Both the position numbers and the translations under genes were made by a program. This document shows, piece by piece, positions 43,230 through 50,727 of a stretch of DNA of 50,727 nt (the stretch's first letter is position 1; every line of letters begins with the position of its first letter). The stretch spans positions 1-50,727 of the forward strand of contig WJMC01000141.1 of the NCBI GenBank assembly GCA_014728145.1, written 5' to 3'. The DNA is from Candidatus Zixiibacteriota bacterium. GTDB lineage: Bacteria; Zixibacteria; MSB-5A5; JAABVY01. The notes under the pieces are model-generated. The model had not been told where the DNA came from and did not search any database. It worked only from the letters and a program-made list of their open reading frames with translations.

Positions 43230-44213
43230 CTATTTAGGGGTATAATCCGATGTTATCTGGATCGCCGCCAGGTTATTACTCGTCCCGGGTTTGGCGTTGA
43301 ATTTAATCTGGTTTCCCACCTTCACCGGGATATCCTGATTGATTTTATTGTCCATTGCGATAACATCGCCGGCTTTCAATTTTAAAAAGTCCCGTATCCG
43401 AATGTTTGTCATGCCCAATAGAGCCGTCAGGTCAACATTGATCTCGCGCAGGGATTTAGAGTTAGTAGCGTAATCCTCTTCATGCGAACGCTTCTTGGAG
43501 GAATCCACCCAGTGTTGCGCACTCAATTTTTCAACCGCGGGTTCCAAAGTCACATACGGGTAACAGATCGTCAGAAGTCCCGACGCGCCCAGAATTTTGA
43601 GATTGAACGATATCACGATCACCGTTTCACCGGGCGGGATAATCTGCAGGAACTGGGGGTTTGTTTCGAAACCGACCTGCTTGATATTCAGGTTTATTAT
43701 CTGTTCCCACGCGATTTCAAGTTCGGCGTAAACACGGTTGGCAACCCTGCTCATAACTGATTTTTCGATCCCTGTCAGTTCACGGTCAGTCTCCAGCACC
43801 TTTCCCATCCCGCCGAATGTCCGGTCAATGAACAAAAAGCAAACGGTCGGGCTGAAATCGATGATGGCCGCGCCTTCCAGTGGCTCCATCGAGATCGTAT
43901 ATGTACAGCTCGGGCTCAACAGCGACATGATGAACTCGCTGTATGTGATCTGGTCAACCGAGACCAGCTCGACATCCACCATGGCGCGCAGGATGGTCGA
44001 GAGAGATGATCCCAGGTGCCCCGCAAAAGTGTCGTGAATATTTTCCAGCGTACGGATCTGATCCTTGGAAACTCGATTCGGATGCTTGAAGTCATAGGCC
44101 ACTACCGACCTGACTATCTCTTCATCCTCCTGCTCTACATCCCCGGACTCCTCACCCGGCGCAACGCTGGTCAATAGAGCATCAATTTCGTCCTGTGATA
44201 ATATTTTAGCCAT
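43230..44213 (-). CDS. fliM: flagellar motor switch protein FliM
   Basis: N-terminal CheY-P-binding-type motif 'ILSQDEIDALL', a middle domain, and a C-terminal SpoA-like domain. Confidence 0.9.
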   Translation of the reverse strand: MAKILSQDEIDALLTSVAPGEESGDVEQEDEEIVRSVVAYDFKHPNRVSKDQIRTLENIHDTFAGHLGSSLSTILRAMVDVELVSVDQITYSEFIMSLLSPSCTYTISMEPLEGAAIIDFSPTVCFLFIDRTFGGMGKVLETDRELTGIEKSVMSRVANRVYAELEIAWEQIINLNIKQVGFETNPQFLQIIPPGETVIVISFNLKILGASGLLTICYPYVTLEPAVEKLSAQHWVDSSKKRSHEEDYATNSKSLREINVDLTALLGMTNIRIRDFLKLKAGDVIAMDNKINQDIPVKVGNQIKFNAKPGTSNNLAAIQITSDYTPK

Positions 44214-44219
44214 AAGTCT

Positions 44220-44807
44220 CTACTGTAATACAAAATCCACAAAATAAATCGCTTCAGCTTTAGCCGGTTTACAGATATGATTGACCAGCTTTAGTATCTG
44301 TTTACGGATGTGTTCACGGGTTTCGATATCCGCCAGTTCTGTAACTGTCTTTGAGGACAGAATCGAAATCAACGCGTCACGAATCTTGACCTGTTTTTCC
44401 TTGAACGTACTGTAACTGTCATGTGAATCCAGCTCGAAACCGATGGTCGTGGTCAGAAATCGTGATCCACCGGTCGAGGCGGGATTTACAACGATGCCCT
44501 CGATATTAAATATCTTGGACTGCGGTTCGCCTTCTTCCCCATGACCACCACCGTGACCACCATGGCCATCGTCTTTTTTCGAATGACTGTCATTTTTCTT
44601 GACCGCTTCGGTCTTGCCCCCTCCGCCGCCAAGCATCGGCTTGAGCACCGTGCCTGCCACGAAATAGGCCGCCAGAAGCGCAACCACGATAACCGCGGCA
44701 GTCATCACCACCGGCGGTATACCGCCTTTCGCAGGGGTCTTTTCTTCTTCCTGAGATTCCTCTTCTTCAGGCTCCAGACCTTCTTCCAATTCATCTGGCA
44801 TACTCAT
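44220..44807 (-). CDS. fliL: flagellar basal-body-associated protein FliL
   Basis: One TM helix, then 'IFNIEGIVVNPASTGGSRFLTTTIGFEL...KIRDALISILSSKTVTEL', typical of FliL. Position upstream of fliM. Confidence 0.8.
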   Translation of the reverse strand: MSMPDELEEGLEPEEEESQEEEKTPAKGGIPPVVMTAAVIVVALLAAYFVAGTVLKPMLGGGGGKTEAVKKNDSHSKKDDGHGGHGGGHGEEGEPQSKIFNIEGIVVNPASTGGSRFLTTTIGFELDSHDSYSTFKEKQVKIRDALISILSSKTVTELADIETREHIRKQILKLVNHICKPAKAEAIYFVDFVLQ

Positions 44808-44813
44808 TCTCCT

Positions 44814-45023
44814 CTAAGCTTGTGGTGCCAGTTCCGCAGGACGCCATGAAGACATCCTGCGAAACTCAGCTACTTTCTCTATGATTTCTTCGACATTTTC
44901 CTGAACCATTATCTTTTTGCCGGTCGTGAGTGAAATGATCGTATCCGGAATCTCCTCCACAAACTCAATCAGGTCAGCGTTGATTACCAGTTGCGAGTCG
45001 TTCAGTCTTGTCACTTTAATCAT
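44814..45023 (-). CDS. flbD: flagellar protein FlbD (SwrD family)
   Basis: 'MIKVTRLNDSQLVINADLIEFVEEIPDTIISLTTGKKIMVQENVEEIIEKV' matches the FlbD family. Position between flgE and fliL, as in Firmicutes and spirochaetes. Confidence 0.8.
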   Translation of the reverse strand: MIKVTRLNDSQLVINADLIEFVEEIPDTIISLTTGKKIMVQENVEEIIEKVAEFRRMSSWRPAELAPQA

Positions 45024-45028
45024 TCAGA

Positions 45029-46972
45029 TTACCTCTTCAGGTTGACCAATTCGTCGAGCATGGTATCCGATGTCGTAATCACACGCGCATTGGCCTGAAA
45101 ACCGCGCTGAGCGGTAATCATACCGGTGAACTCAGCCGCCAGGTCAATGTTCGAAGTCTCCAGTGCGCCTGAACTGATCGTGGCGGAGATAGTCTCGCCG
45201 GCGGTGCCGATGATCGGATCACCGGAGTTGGCCGAAGTCACATACATCGACTGCCCCTGCTTCATCAGACCTGATTCGTTATTGAATCCGGCCAGCTGAA
45301 CCTGGGCCAGTTCGCGCGAGATACCATTTGTGAATATTCCATAGATCATTCCGGTATCATCAACCGTAATGCTGTCCAGAATTCCCATTCCGTAACCATC
45401 CTGGTTGACGATCGCGGCAGTCGAGTTCGATGAGAACCCGGTCAGTCCATCGAACATACCGGTCGAACCCGGATTGAGATCCATGACTACATCTTCACCG
45501 CCGTTATTCGGATCGAACGAGAACTCCGGTGTACCGCTGTCGGACGAGAAATTCAACAGGGAACCGTCCGGATTGAAAGTTACCGAACCGGTATCGCCGT
45601 ACCTGACAACCTCATCACCATTCAAGGTGATCTGCCAATTCCACTTATTGTCCGTATTGGTCTTGGTAAACGTTGTCACCAGGGTATGTTTACCGCCCTG
45701 GGAGTCATAGACAGTGGTCGACATGGCATGCTGGGTATCCTCAGTCTCAATCTTGAGAGTACCAGCATCCAGGCCAGCCGTCGCACGACAGGTGATTCCA
45801 CCACCGCCGATTTCGCTAATGCCGTTGGGAAGGCCGGTCACCGGGTCAACTTCGATACCGAGGTTCACTGCGGCCTGCGGGGCTCCGCCGGTCGGAGTGA
45901 AGACATCCGTGGCAGTGAAGTCATGATCGACACCATCATTGGCATCGAATGTGGCGGTGGCATCCAGAAGTACACCGCAAACAGTCTCACCTGCCGGAGC
46001 GACTGCTGTGGTCGATACAGCCTGGACATTATAGGATGCGCCATCGCCGGCAAAATCACGTTCGACAACTATATACTCGTTGACATTATCCCAGTATGCA
46101 GTCACACCATCGACCGCGTTGATCTGTGTGATCACATCTCCGATGGTCGAGTTGACGGTTAAACCGGTCAGGTTAACCGATGAGGTACCATTATCGACCG
46201 AGATCGTAGTGGTCTCTCCCAGTCCCGCGGCAGTAACACCCAGTGAGCCAATGGTTGTGCTCTCCGTAGCACCACCCAGTACGATACCTGTATTGTCAGA
46301 CTTTTCAGCCTGCTGAGTAAATGCGACCGTGATCTCATGCACACCACCGGCACCATCGGAAGCCTTACCGGTTACGGTATCCACTTTTGTGGTTCCGGCA
46401 GACTGCAGGCTGGCGGTCGAATCGGTGGCATTGGAATCGAGATTGTTAGCATAAGTGACACTTGATGTGGCATTGGGCGGATCCTGCTGACCGAACGGCA
46501 CGGTGATATTACCGAGTTGCGCGGTAGCGGGAATTTCGCCGGTGCTATCGGCCATCTTACCCTGCACGAACATTCCATTGGCAGGATTAATCATGGTACC
46601 GTTGGCATCGAAACCGAAGTTGCCGGCACGAGTGAAATACTGCCCGCCGGAACCATCAGCCAGGATAAAGTATCCAGAACCCTGGATTGCCATGTCACTG
46701 ATTTTTCCTGTCGATTCCAAACCACCCTGCGAATGGATATTATCGATACTGGCAACGCTCATTCCCAGTCCGAGCTGGACGGCATTGGTACCGCCCCTGT
46801 TATCAGTCGGTCGCCCGGCACCCTGCATGGTCTGGACAAGCGACTCCTGGAAAGTGGCACGACTGCCTTTGAATCCGATCGTGTTGACATTGGCGATGTT
46901 GTTACCCAGAACATCCATGCGCGTCTGGTGGTTGCGCAGTCCGGATACACCTGAGAACAGTGAACTAATCAT
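45029..46972 (-). CDS. flgE: flagellar hook protein FlgE (647 aa, enlarged central region)
   Basis: N-terminal 'SLFSGVSGLRNHQTRMDVLGNNIANVNTIGFK' and C-terminal 'ALETSNIDLAAEFTGMITAQRGFQANARVITTSDTMLDELVNLKR'. The ATG at 46972 is preceded by AGGAGG and GGAGG. Confidence 0.9.
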   Translation of the reverse strand: MISSLFSGVSGLRNHQTRMDVLGNNIANVNTIGFKGSRATFQESLVQTMQGAGRPTDNRGGTNAVQLGLGMSVASIDNIHSQGGLESTGKISDMAIQGSGYFILADGSGGQYFTRAGNFGFDANGTMINPANGMFVQGKMADSTGEIPATAQLGNITVPFGQQDPPNATSSVTYANNLDSNATDSTASLQSAGTTKVDTVTGKASDGAGGVHEITVAFTQQAEKSDNTGIVLGGATESTTIGSLGVTAAGLGETTTISVDNGTSSVNLTGLTVNSTIGDVITQINAVDGVTAYWDNVNEYIVVERDFAGDGASYNVQAVSTTAVAPAGETVCGVLLDATATFDANDGVDHDFTATDVFTPTGGAPQAAVNLGIEVDPVTGLPNGISEIGGGGITCRATAGLDAGTLKIETEDTQHAMSTTVYDSQGGKHTLVTTFTKTNTDNKWNWQITLNGDEVVRYGDTGSVTFNPDGSLLNFSSDSGTPEFSFDPNNGGEDVVMDLNPGSTGMFDGLTGFSSNSTAAIVNQDGYGMGILDSITVDDTGMIYGIFTNGISRELAQVQLAGFNNESGLMKQGQSMYVTSANSGDPIIGTAGETISATISSGALETSNIDLAAEFTGMITAQRGFQANARVITTSDTMLDELVNLKR

Positions 46973-47035
46973 CCTCCAAATCCTCCTTACATCAGGCTTC
47001 CTCAATGGAGGGCCGGCCTGAGTGTTATGTTTCCA

Positions 47036-47389
47036 TTACAAAATAATTGCGCTGTCGATATTGGTGAACACACCTTCGTTCATGTTTTGTTTTTCGATGG
47101 CCGTCACCACTTTACGGTTCTGCACATTGACTATAAATGCCAGGTCATTTAGCAAAACCAGCGAATCCCTGGATCCTTTTTCCTGAGCCTTGTCGAGCGC
47201 CTGGTTGAGCCGGGCAGTTTCCTGAGGTCCAATTTCAAGCTGGCGACGTTTAATCCGATCCATCAGATGGCGGGAAAAATCCAGGCCGTCCGCCGTAGTC
47301 TGCTGGGCACGTCGTACCTGATTTGGCTGTGTCGGGTTGACCCTATCGATGGCAGCCGACTGTAACTGTACAGGATTTATTTTAGCCAT
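47036..47389 (-). CDS. small flagellar operon protein of the type found between flgD and flgE (TIGR02530 'flg_new'-like, from memory)
   Basis: 'SRDSLVLLNDLAFIVNVQNRKVVTAIEKQNMNEGVFTNIDSAIIL' matches the conserved C-terminus of that family. The synteny also matches. Confidence 0.6.
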   Translation of the reverse strand: MAKINPVQLQSAAIDRVNPTQPNQVRRAQQTTADGLDFSRHLMDRIKRRQLEIGPQETARLNQALDKAQEKGSRDSLVLLNDLAFIVNVQNRKVVTAIEKQNMNEGVFTNIDSAIIL

Positions 47390-47398
47390 GGCTCTACC

Positions 47399-48076
47399 TC
47401 AGCCCTCTTTAACGCCCACTTCGGACACATCACCCAGGGTGACCGTAGTGCCGTCGACGATCAGGTAAGCGGCGCCTTCCATATACTGCACACGCTCAAC
47501 CGTACCGACCAGAAGCGGACTAACTGTAAGCCTCTCGCCGGAAGCGTCTTTGGCTTCGACACTGATCGAATAATGACCCTCGGGCAGTTCAACTCCATCA
47601 CTGGATTTTCCATCCCATTTGACCGAATTGATCCCGCCCTCGCTGTGATCTTCATAGACCACATCCACGAGTTCTCCGAGTTCATTGTAGATCGAGATCT
47701 TGACCTCATGAGCCGGGCCATTGAGCTGGTATGATAGATTAGCTTCGCCCGAATCATCCAGGTAGATCATGTTGGATTCAGCGGTCACTTCTCTACCCAG
47801 AAGCGAGGTCGCCATGCTGTTGGCAATCGACTGCGAGGTGACATAATCCATATTCATCGCTTCAGTCATGTTGTTGTTCATGTTCACTAACTGTTCGAGT
47901 GAACTAAACTGCGACATCTGGGCGATGAAATCAGTGTCGTCCATCGGTTCCAATGGATCCTGGTTACGCAACTGTGTCACCAGAAGCTGAAGGAATTCAT
48001 CCTTGCCCATGTCATCGGGCCGCTTGGCGACATTTCCAGCCGAGTAATCTAATCCCATGGAAATCGGATCGATCAT
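47399..48076 (-). CDS. flgD: flagellar hook assembly/capping protein FlgD
   Basis: 'MGKDEFLQLLVTQLRNQDPLEPMDDTDFIAQMSQFSSLEQ' plus a C-terminal FlgD Ig-like region ('VKWDGKSSDGVELPEGHYS'). Confidence 0.9.
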   Translation of the reverse strand: MIDPISMGLDYSAGNVAKRPDDMGKDEFLQLLVTQLRNQDPLEPMDDTDFIAQMSQFSSLEQLVNMNNNMTEAMNMDYVTSQSIANSMATSLLGREVTAESNMIYLDDSGEANLSYQLNGPAHEVKISIYNELGELVDVVYEDHSEGGINSVKWDGKSSDGVELPEGHYSISVEAKDASGERLTVSPLLVGTVERVQYMEGAAYLIVDGTTVTLGDVSEVGVKEG

Positions 48077-48089
48077 AAGCGTTCTCCTG

Positions 48090-49997
48090 TTACGCGAATA
48101 AGTTTATTCGTCCTCTGAGATTTTGCGCGCCCATGGTCCTGTTCTGATTCTCAGGCATCGATTCAGGTGAGTGCGCAAAATTTCCACGATTTGCAAACCC
48201 GGAGCGACCACCGTTTTGATTGGCGGCCTGTCCGGAATTATCCTGTCCCTGATTTCCACCGGAGACGTCTACCGAGAAACTGTCCACCTTGATTCCCTGG
48301 GTGGCCAGAGTCTCTCGCAACTGCGGGAGATTCGATTCGACCATATGGCGCGCCAGATGAGAACTGACCTCCAGGCGGGCATTCATCTGGTCACCGACCA
48401 CACGCAGTTGAACGTCGATTTTACCCAATGATTCAGGTTCCATCTTGATGCGGAATGTTCCACCCTCGGCAAGAGTTTTACCCGACGGAGGAGCATCCAT
48501 CTTAAACGTTACCTGGCGCGGTTGTGTAGACTGCAGAGTCTTTTGAGTCGACTCGAGCGCAGGCGCGGTTTTGGCTTCGGTCATATTCTGCTGAGAGTTC
48601 TGCTCCAGCGGAATTTCCGCGGACATCTTTGTGTTCGTTCCAGAGGCAGTTTTAACCGCCTGCTGTTCGGTCGTCTTACTACCCTCGAGGTTGGCCTTGA
48701 ATACACGGCCCTCCAATGCGCTCGATTGGGCTTCTTTTTCGGCGACGACCTGACGGCCCAAGCCTTCGGCAAACCGGTTAGGGTTGCCCTCTGACTTTTG
48801 ATTCTGATTAAGGTTCAGATTGTTCTTCTGTCGATCGACAGATTTTTCGATCCCGACTGTTTTCTCAGATTTATCATCCAATGTCGGGGTTTCGTGCAGG
48901 TCAAGCGTTGGCCGGGTAATGCTCTTCTGGTTGACGGGAGCCCGCTCGAGTTTCAGATCTTCGCTTGCGGGGCGATAGATCGGAGCAGTCGGCGTCTTCG
49001 AATCCCGCATCGGAGAAAACAGATCATCCGCGGGTCTATCGAGTTTTGCTTCCTGCTGTAAAGCGGTCACCTGTGGCTGAGCGCCTGGTTTCTGAGCAAC
49101 ATGTTTGTCCGGAATAAACAGGACCAGGCGGGCTTTGCCTTTGGCCTCATTTTTCTCGATCAATTTGCCCAGATCGTTGAGATCAGCCGCTTTTTCGCCA
49201 TTATCATTTTGCTTGACCAGAACAGCATCGAATTCAGCCGGTTTCTGCGCACCTTCCGCCTGCACCTTGAAGGCTGTCAGACTTTTGTCCTCGGCCATCC
49301 GTGTTTCGGAGGTACGCGTCAGCACGAGGGTCGCTAACTCCCTCGAACCGTCGTCGGTTTTAGCCTCGCCCGCCGGGGCCACCAGCTTGAGACTTTCGCC
49401 GACTTTGAGCTGTTCCAGATCAAAGACATCAGCCAGTTCTGACAGAGCCGACAGCTTCAGCGGAACATCCGCCAGCTGTCCGGACTGTTGCTGGCCGTTG
49501 ACATCTTCGTTAATCTGCGGGAGACTGCTGTGAGCAGATGCCTGCAAGGATTTCTCGCTTGATTGAAGGGCAGTCTCACTGCCTGAACGGATAATTTCGA
49601 CCTCGATCTCCGGCATAACCTTCTCTGCCGATGCTTTGATGCCCGACAGGTCAGGTCCCTGCAGAGATTTTTGAAGCGAGGCAAATTGCTTATCCGCCAT
49701 CATGGTATCAGGCGATTTGCCATCGGACAACGGCAGAACAACCGGTAACGCGTTGTGCGCCTTGCCCTCCGGAATCATCGCAAGCAGTTTATCCAACTCC
49801 TGCGGAGTGAATTCGAGTTGGGGCCCGGACTCGTTCATCTGCGGATCAGCCTGGTTCAAAAAGAACAGCAGTTTTTCCGCGAAGTCCTCAGGCGCGATCG
49901 AATTCTTTCCGAGCCAAAGTTCGGAACCCGCGTTGGGAGCGGATAATCGCCCGCTGAAGATCTGGAGCAGGTTAAGTGGATTGGAAACAGCTTGCAT
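48090..49997 (-). CDS. fliK: flagellar hook-length control protein FliK
   Basis: Long Q/S/P/K-rich region, then the FliK C-terminal domain 'FRIKMEPESLGKIDVQLRVVGDQMNARLEVSSHLARHMVESNLPQLRETLATQGIKVDSFSV'. The ATG at 49997 shares one nt with the upstream stop (TGATG). Confidence 0.8.
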   Translation of the reverse strand: MQAVSNPLNLLQIFSGRLSAPNAGSELWLGKNSIAPEDFAEKLLFFLNQADPQMNESGPQLEFTPQELDKLLAMIPEGKAHNALPVVLPLSDGKSPDTMMADKQFASLQKSLQGPDLSGIKASAEKVMPEIEVEIIRSGSETALQSSEKSLQASAHSSLPQINEDVNGQQQSGQLADVPLKLSALSELADVFDLEQLKVGESLKLVAPAGEAKTDDGSRELATLVLTRTSETRMAEDKSLTAFKVQAEGAQKPAEFDAVLVKQNDNGEKAADLNDLGKLIEKNEAKGKARLVLFIPDKHVAQKPGAQPQVTALQQEAKLDRPADDLFSPMRDSKTPTAPIYRPASEDLKLERAPVNQKSITRPTLDLHETPTLDDKSEKTVGIEKSVDRQKNNLNLNQNQKSEGNPNRFAEGLGRQVVAEKEAQSSALEGRVFKANLEGSKTTEQQAVKTASGTNTKMSAEIPLEQNSQQNMTEAKTAPALESTQKTLQSTQPRQVTFKMDAPPSGKTLAEGGTFRIKMEPESLGKIDVQLRVVGDQMNARLEVSSHLARHMVESNLPQLRETLATQGIKVDSFSVDVSGGNQGQDNSGQAANQNGGRSGFANRGNFAHSPESMPENQNRTMGAQNLRGRINLFA

Positions 49998-50629
49998 CAA
50001 TCTACTCCATCCAGATCAATCATAAACATGGTGATTTGTGCCGCGCGCTCCGACGGTAATTCCGCCATCACCTCGGCACCGTTTTGTTTCCGCATCCTCT
50101 GCAGAATCAGCCCCACTTTGGCATCGGAGATGTTTTCCATGATCGCGGCTACTTCTTCCGGTTTCATGGTATCGAACAGTTTGGCGAGGTTGGCGATATT
50201 GGTCTGTTCCAGGTTACGGCGCTGTTCAATCAACGCCTTGGTCTGAGCCCTCAGATTTTCGAGCTTGGCGCGTTCGGCCTGGACACGCAGCCACTCCCGT
50301 TCGATCTCCTCTTTCTGGGCCTCATACCACTTCACCTGTTCAACCGAATCCTCTTCTGACAGAGTAGAATCCTTCTTCTCCTCTTTCTTCTTGGGGTGAT
50401 CCTCAGAATCACCTTTCGCCAGCGGTGAGTACTCGCCATGCCAGTCGCCGCTGAGGTACTCATAGTCCTCCGCGATTTCTTCCGGCAGTTCCTCCTCAAC
50501 CACTTCCTCACCACTTTCAGATGAGAACATCCCCATGGTCAGGACAAATACGACCAGAAAGATCGCAAACGCCCCGGCGCCGATGAAGATGAACATCTTG
50601 AGTGGAACAGGTCCCTGTGCATTCGCCAC
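49997..50629 (-). CDS. MgtE-N/MotE-like flagellar protein (YlxF/FlbB type)
   Basis: N-terminal TM helix, a charged coiled coil, and C-terminal 'LAKLFDTMKPEEVAAIMENISDAKVGLILQRMRKQNGAEVMAELPSERAAQI' (MgtE-N-like). Position upstream of fliK, as in Bacillus. GTG start with AAGGAG. Confidence 0.6.
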   Translation of the reverse strand: MANAQGPVPLKMFIFIGAGAFAIFLVVFVLTMGMFSSESGEEVVEEELPEEIAEDYEYLSGDWHGEYSPLAKGDSEDHPKKKEEKKDSTLSEEDSVEQVKWYEAQKEEIEREWLRVQAERAKLENLRAQTKALIEQRRNLEQTNIANLAKLFDTMKPEEVAAIMENISDAKVGLILQRMRKQNGAEVMAELPSERAAQITMFMIDLDGVD

Positions 50630-50672
50630 GACTGTTATCTCCTTTGCATCATCCTATTATCTTCAATTCCAT

Positions 50673-50688
50673 TGCATATAATTAGCCA
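50673..50688 (-). promoter_or_regulatory. possible second sigma-54-type -24/-12 element upstream of the ylxF-like gene
   Basis: Minus strand reads TGGCTA-ATTAT-ATGCA, with correct GG-N10-GC spacing and about 9 of 12 consensus positions. It lies 44 nt upstream of the GTG, a distance similar to the fliR promoter. It is close to the window edge, and an upstream ORF could still be running through it. Confidence 0.3.
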
Positions 50689-50727
50689 TGCAAAAATAGT
50701 TTTGCTCGTACTCCTTCTGAGCAATGA

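Overview
This 50.7 kb window comes from a flagellated diderm bacterium. It encodes a TonB-dependent receptor and LPS-heptose HldE, has roughly 50% GC by eye, and has many GGAGG-type SD sites. The lineage cannot be placed from sequence alone. **Left third (1-20.9 kb): mostly housekeeping.** It holds a cupin, an AT-rich truncated S8 peptidase remnant, pilT, accB, an M24B aminopeptidase, a TPR protein, hldE, a DUF3467 gene with a GH57 branching enzyme, a Met-rich DUF1579-like exported protein, a VOC enzyme, mutS2 and a YdjC-like deacetylase. A 512-nt non-coding gap follows. Next is a cobalamin-riboswitch-controlled operon: a TonB-dependent receptor plus an exported beta-propeller with a duplicated dockerin-type tail. 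Then come rlmN, der, a DUF512 radical-SAM gene and tRNA-Gly(CCC). **Right 60% (21.0-50.6 kb): one almost gap-free minus-strand motility array.** The order is ylxF-like, fliK, flgD, flg_new-like, flgE, flbD, fliL, fliM, fliN, fliO, fliP, fliQ, a 181-nt gap with a near-consensus sigma-54 promoter, fliR, flhB, flhA, flhF, flhG, fliA. **Downstream of fliA, no CheA, CheW or full-length MCP gene is present.** Instead there is an unusual gene set:
- a 93-aa basic protein
- a 1452-aa low-complexity protein with an in-frame, apparently inactivated IS256/Mutator-type transposase core
- an enlarged DUF2225 zinc-ribbon/TPR protein
- a YcgR-like PilZ protein and a second PilZ protein
- an exported protein
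- a GAF histidine kinase with a degenerate-looking ATP-binding domain
- a CheY-like receiver
- a 117-aa protein resembling an MCP hairpin tip
- behind a sigma-28 consensus promoter: a receiver-less CheB-like protein lacking the catalytic His/Asp, another CheY-like receiver, and FapA/DUF342

This fliA-distal block is the best candidate for an undescribed motility-control system, and the giant transposase-derived protein is its most unusual member. All domain calls are by-eye motif recognition and need HMM or structure confirmation.
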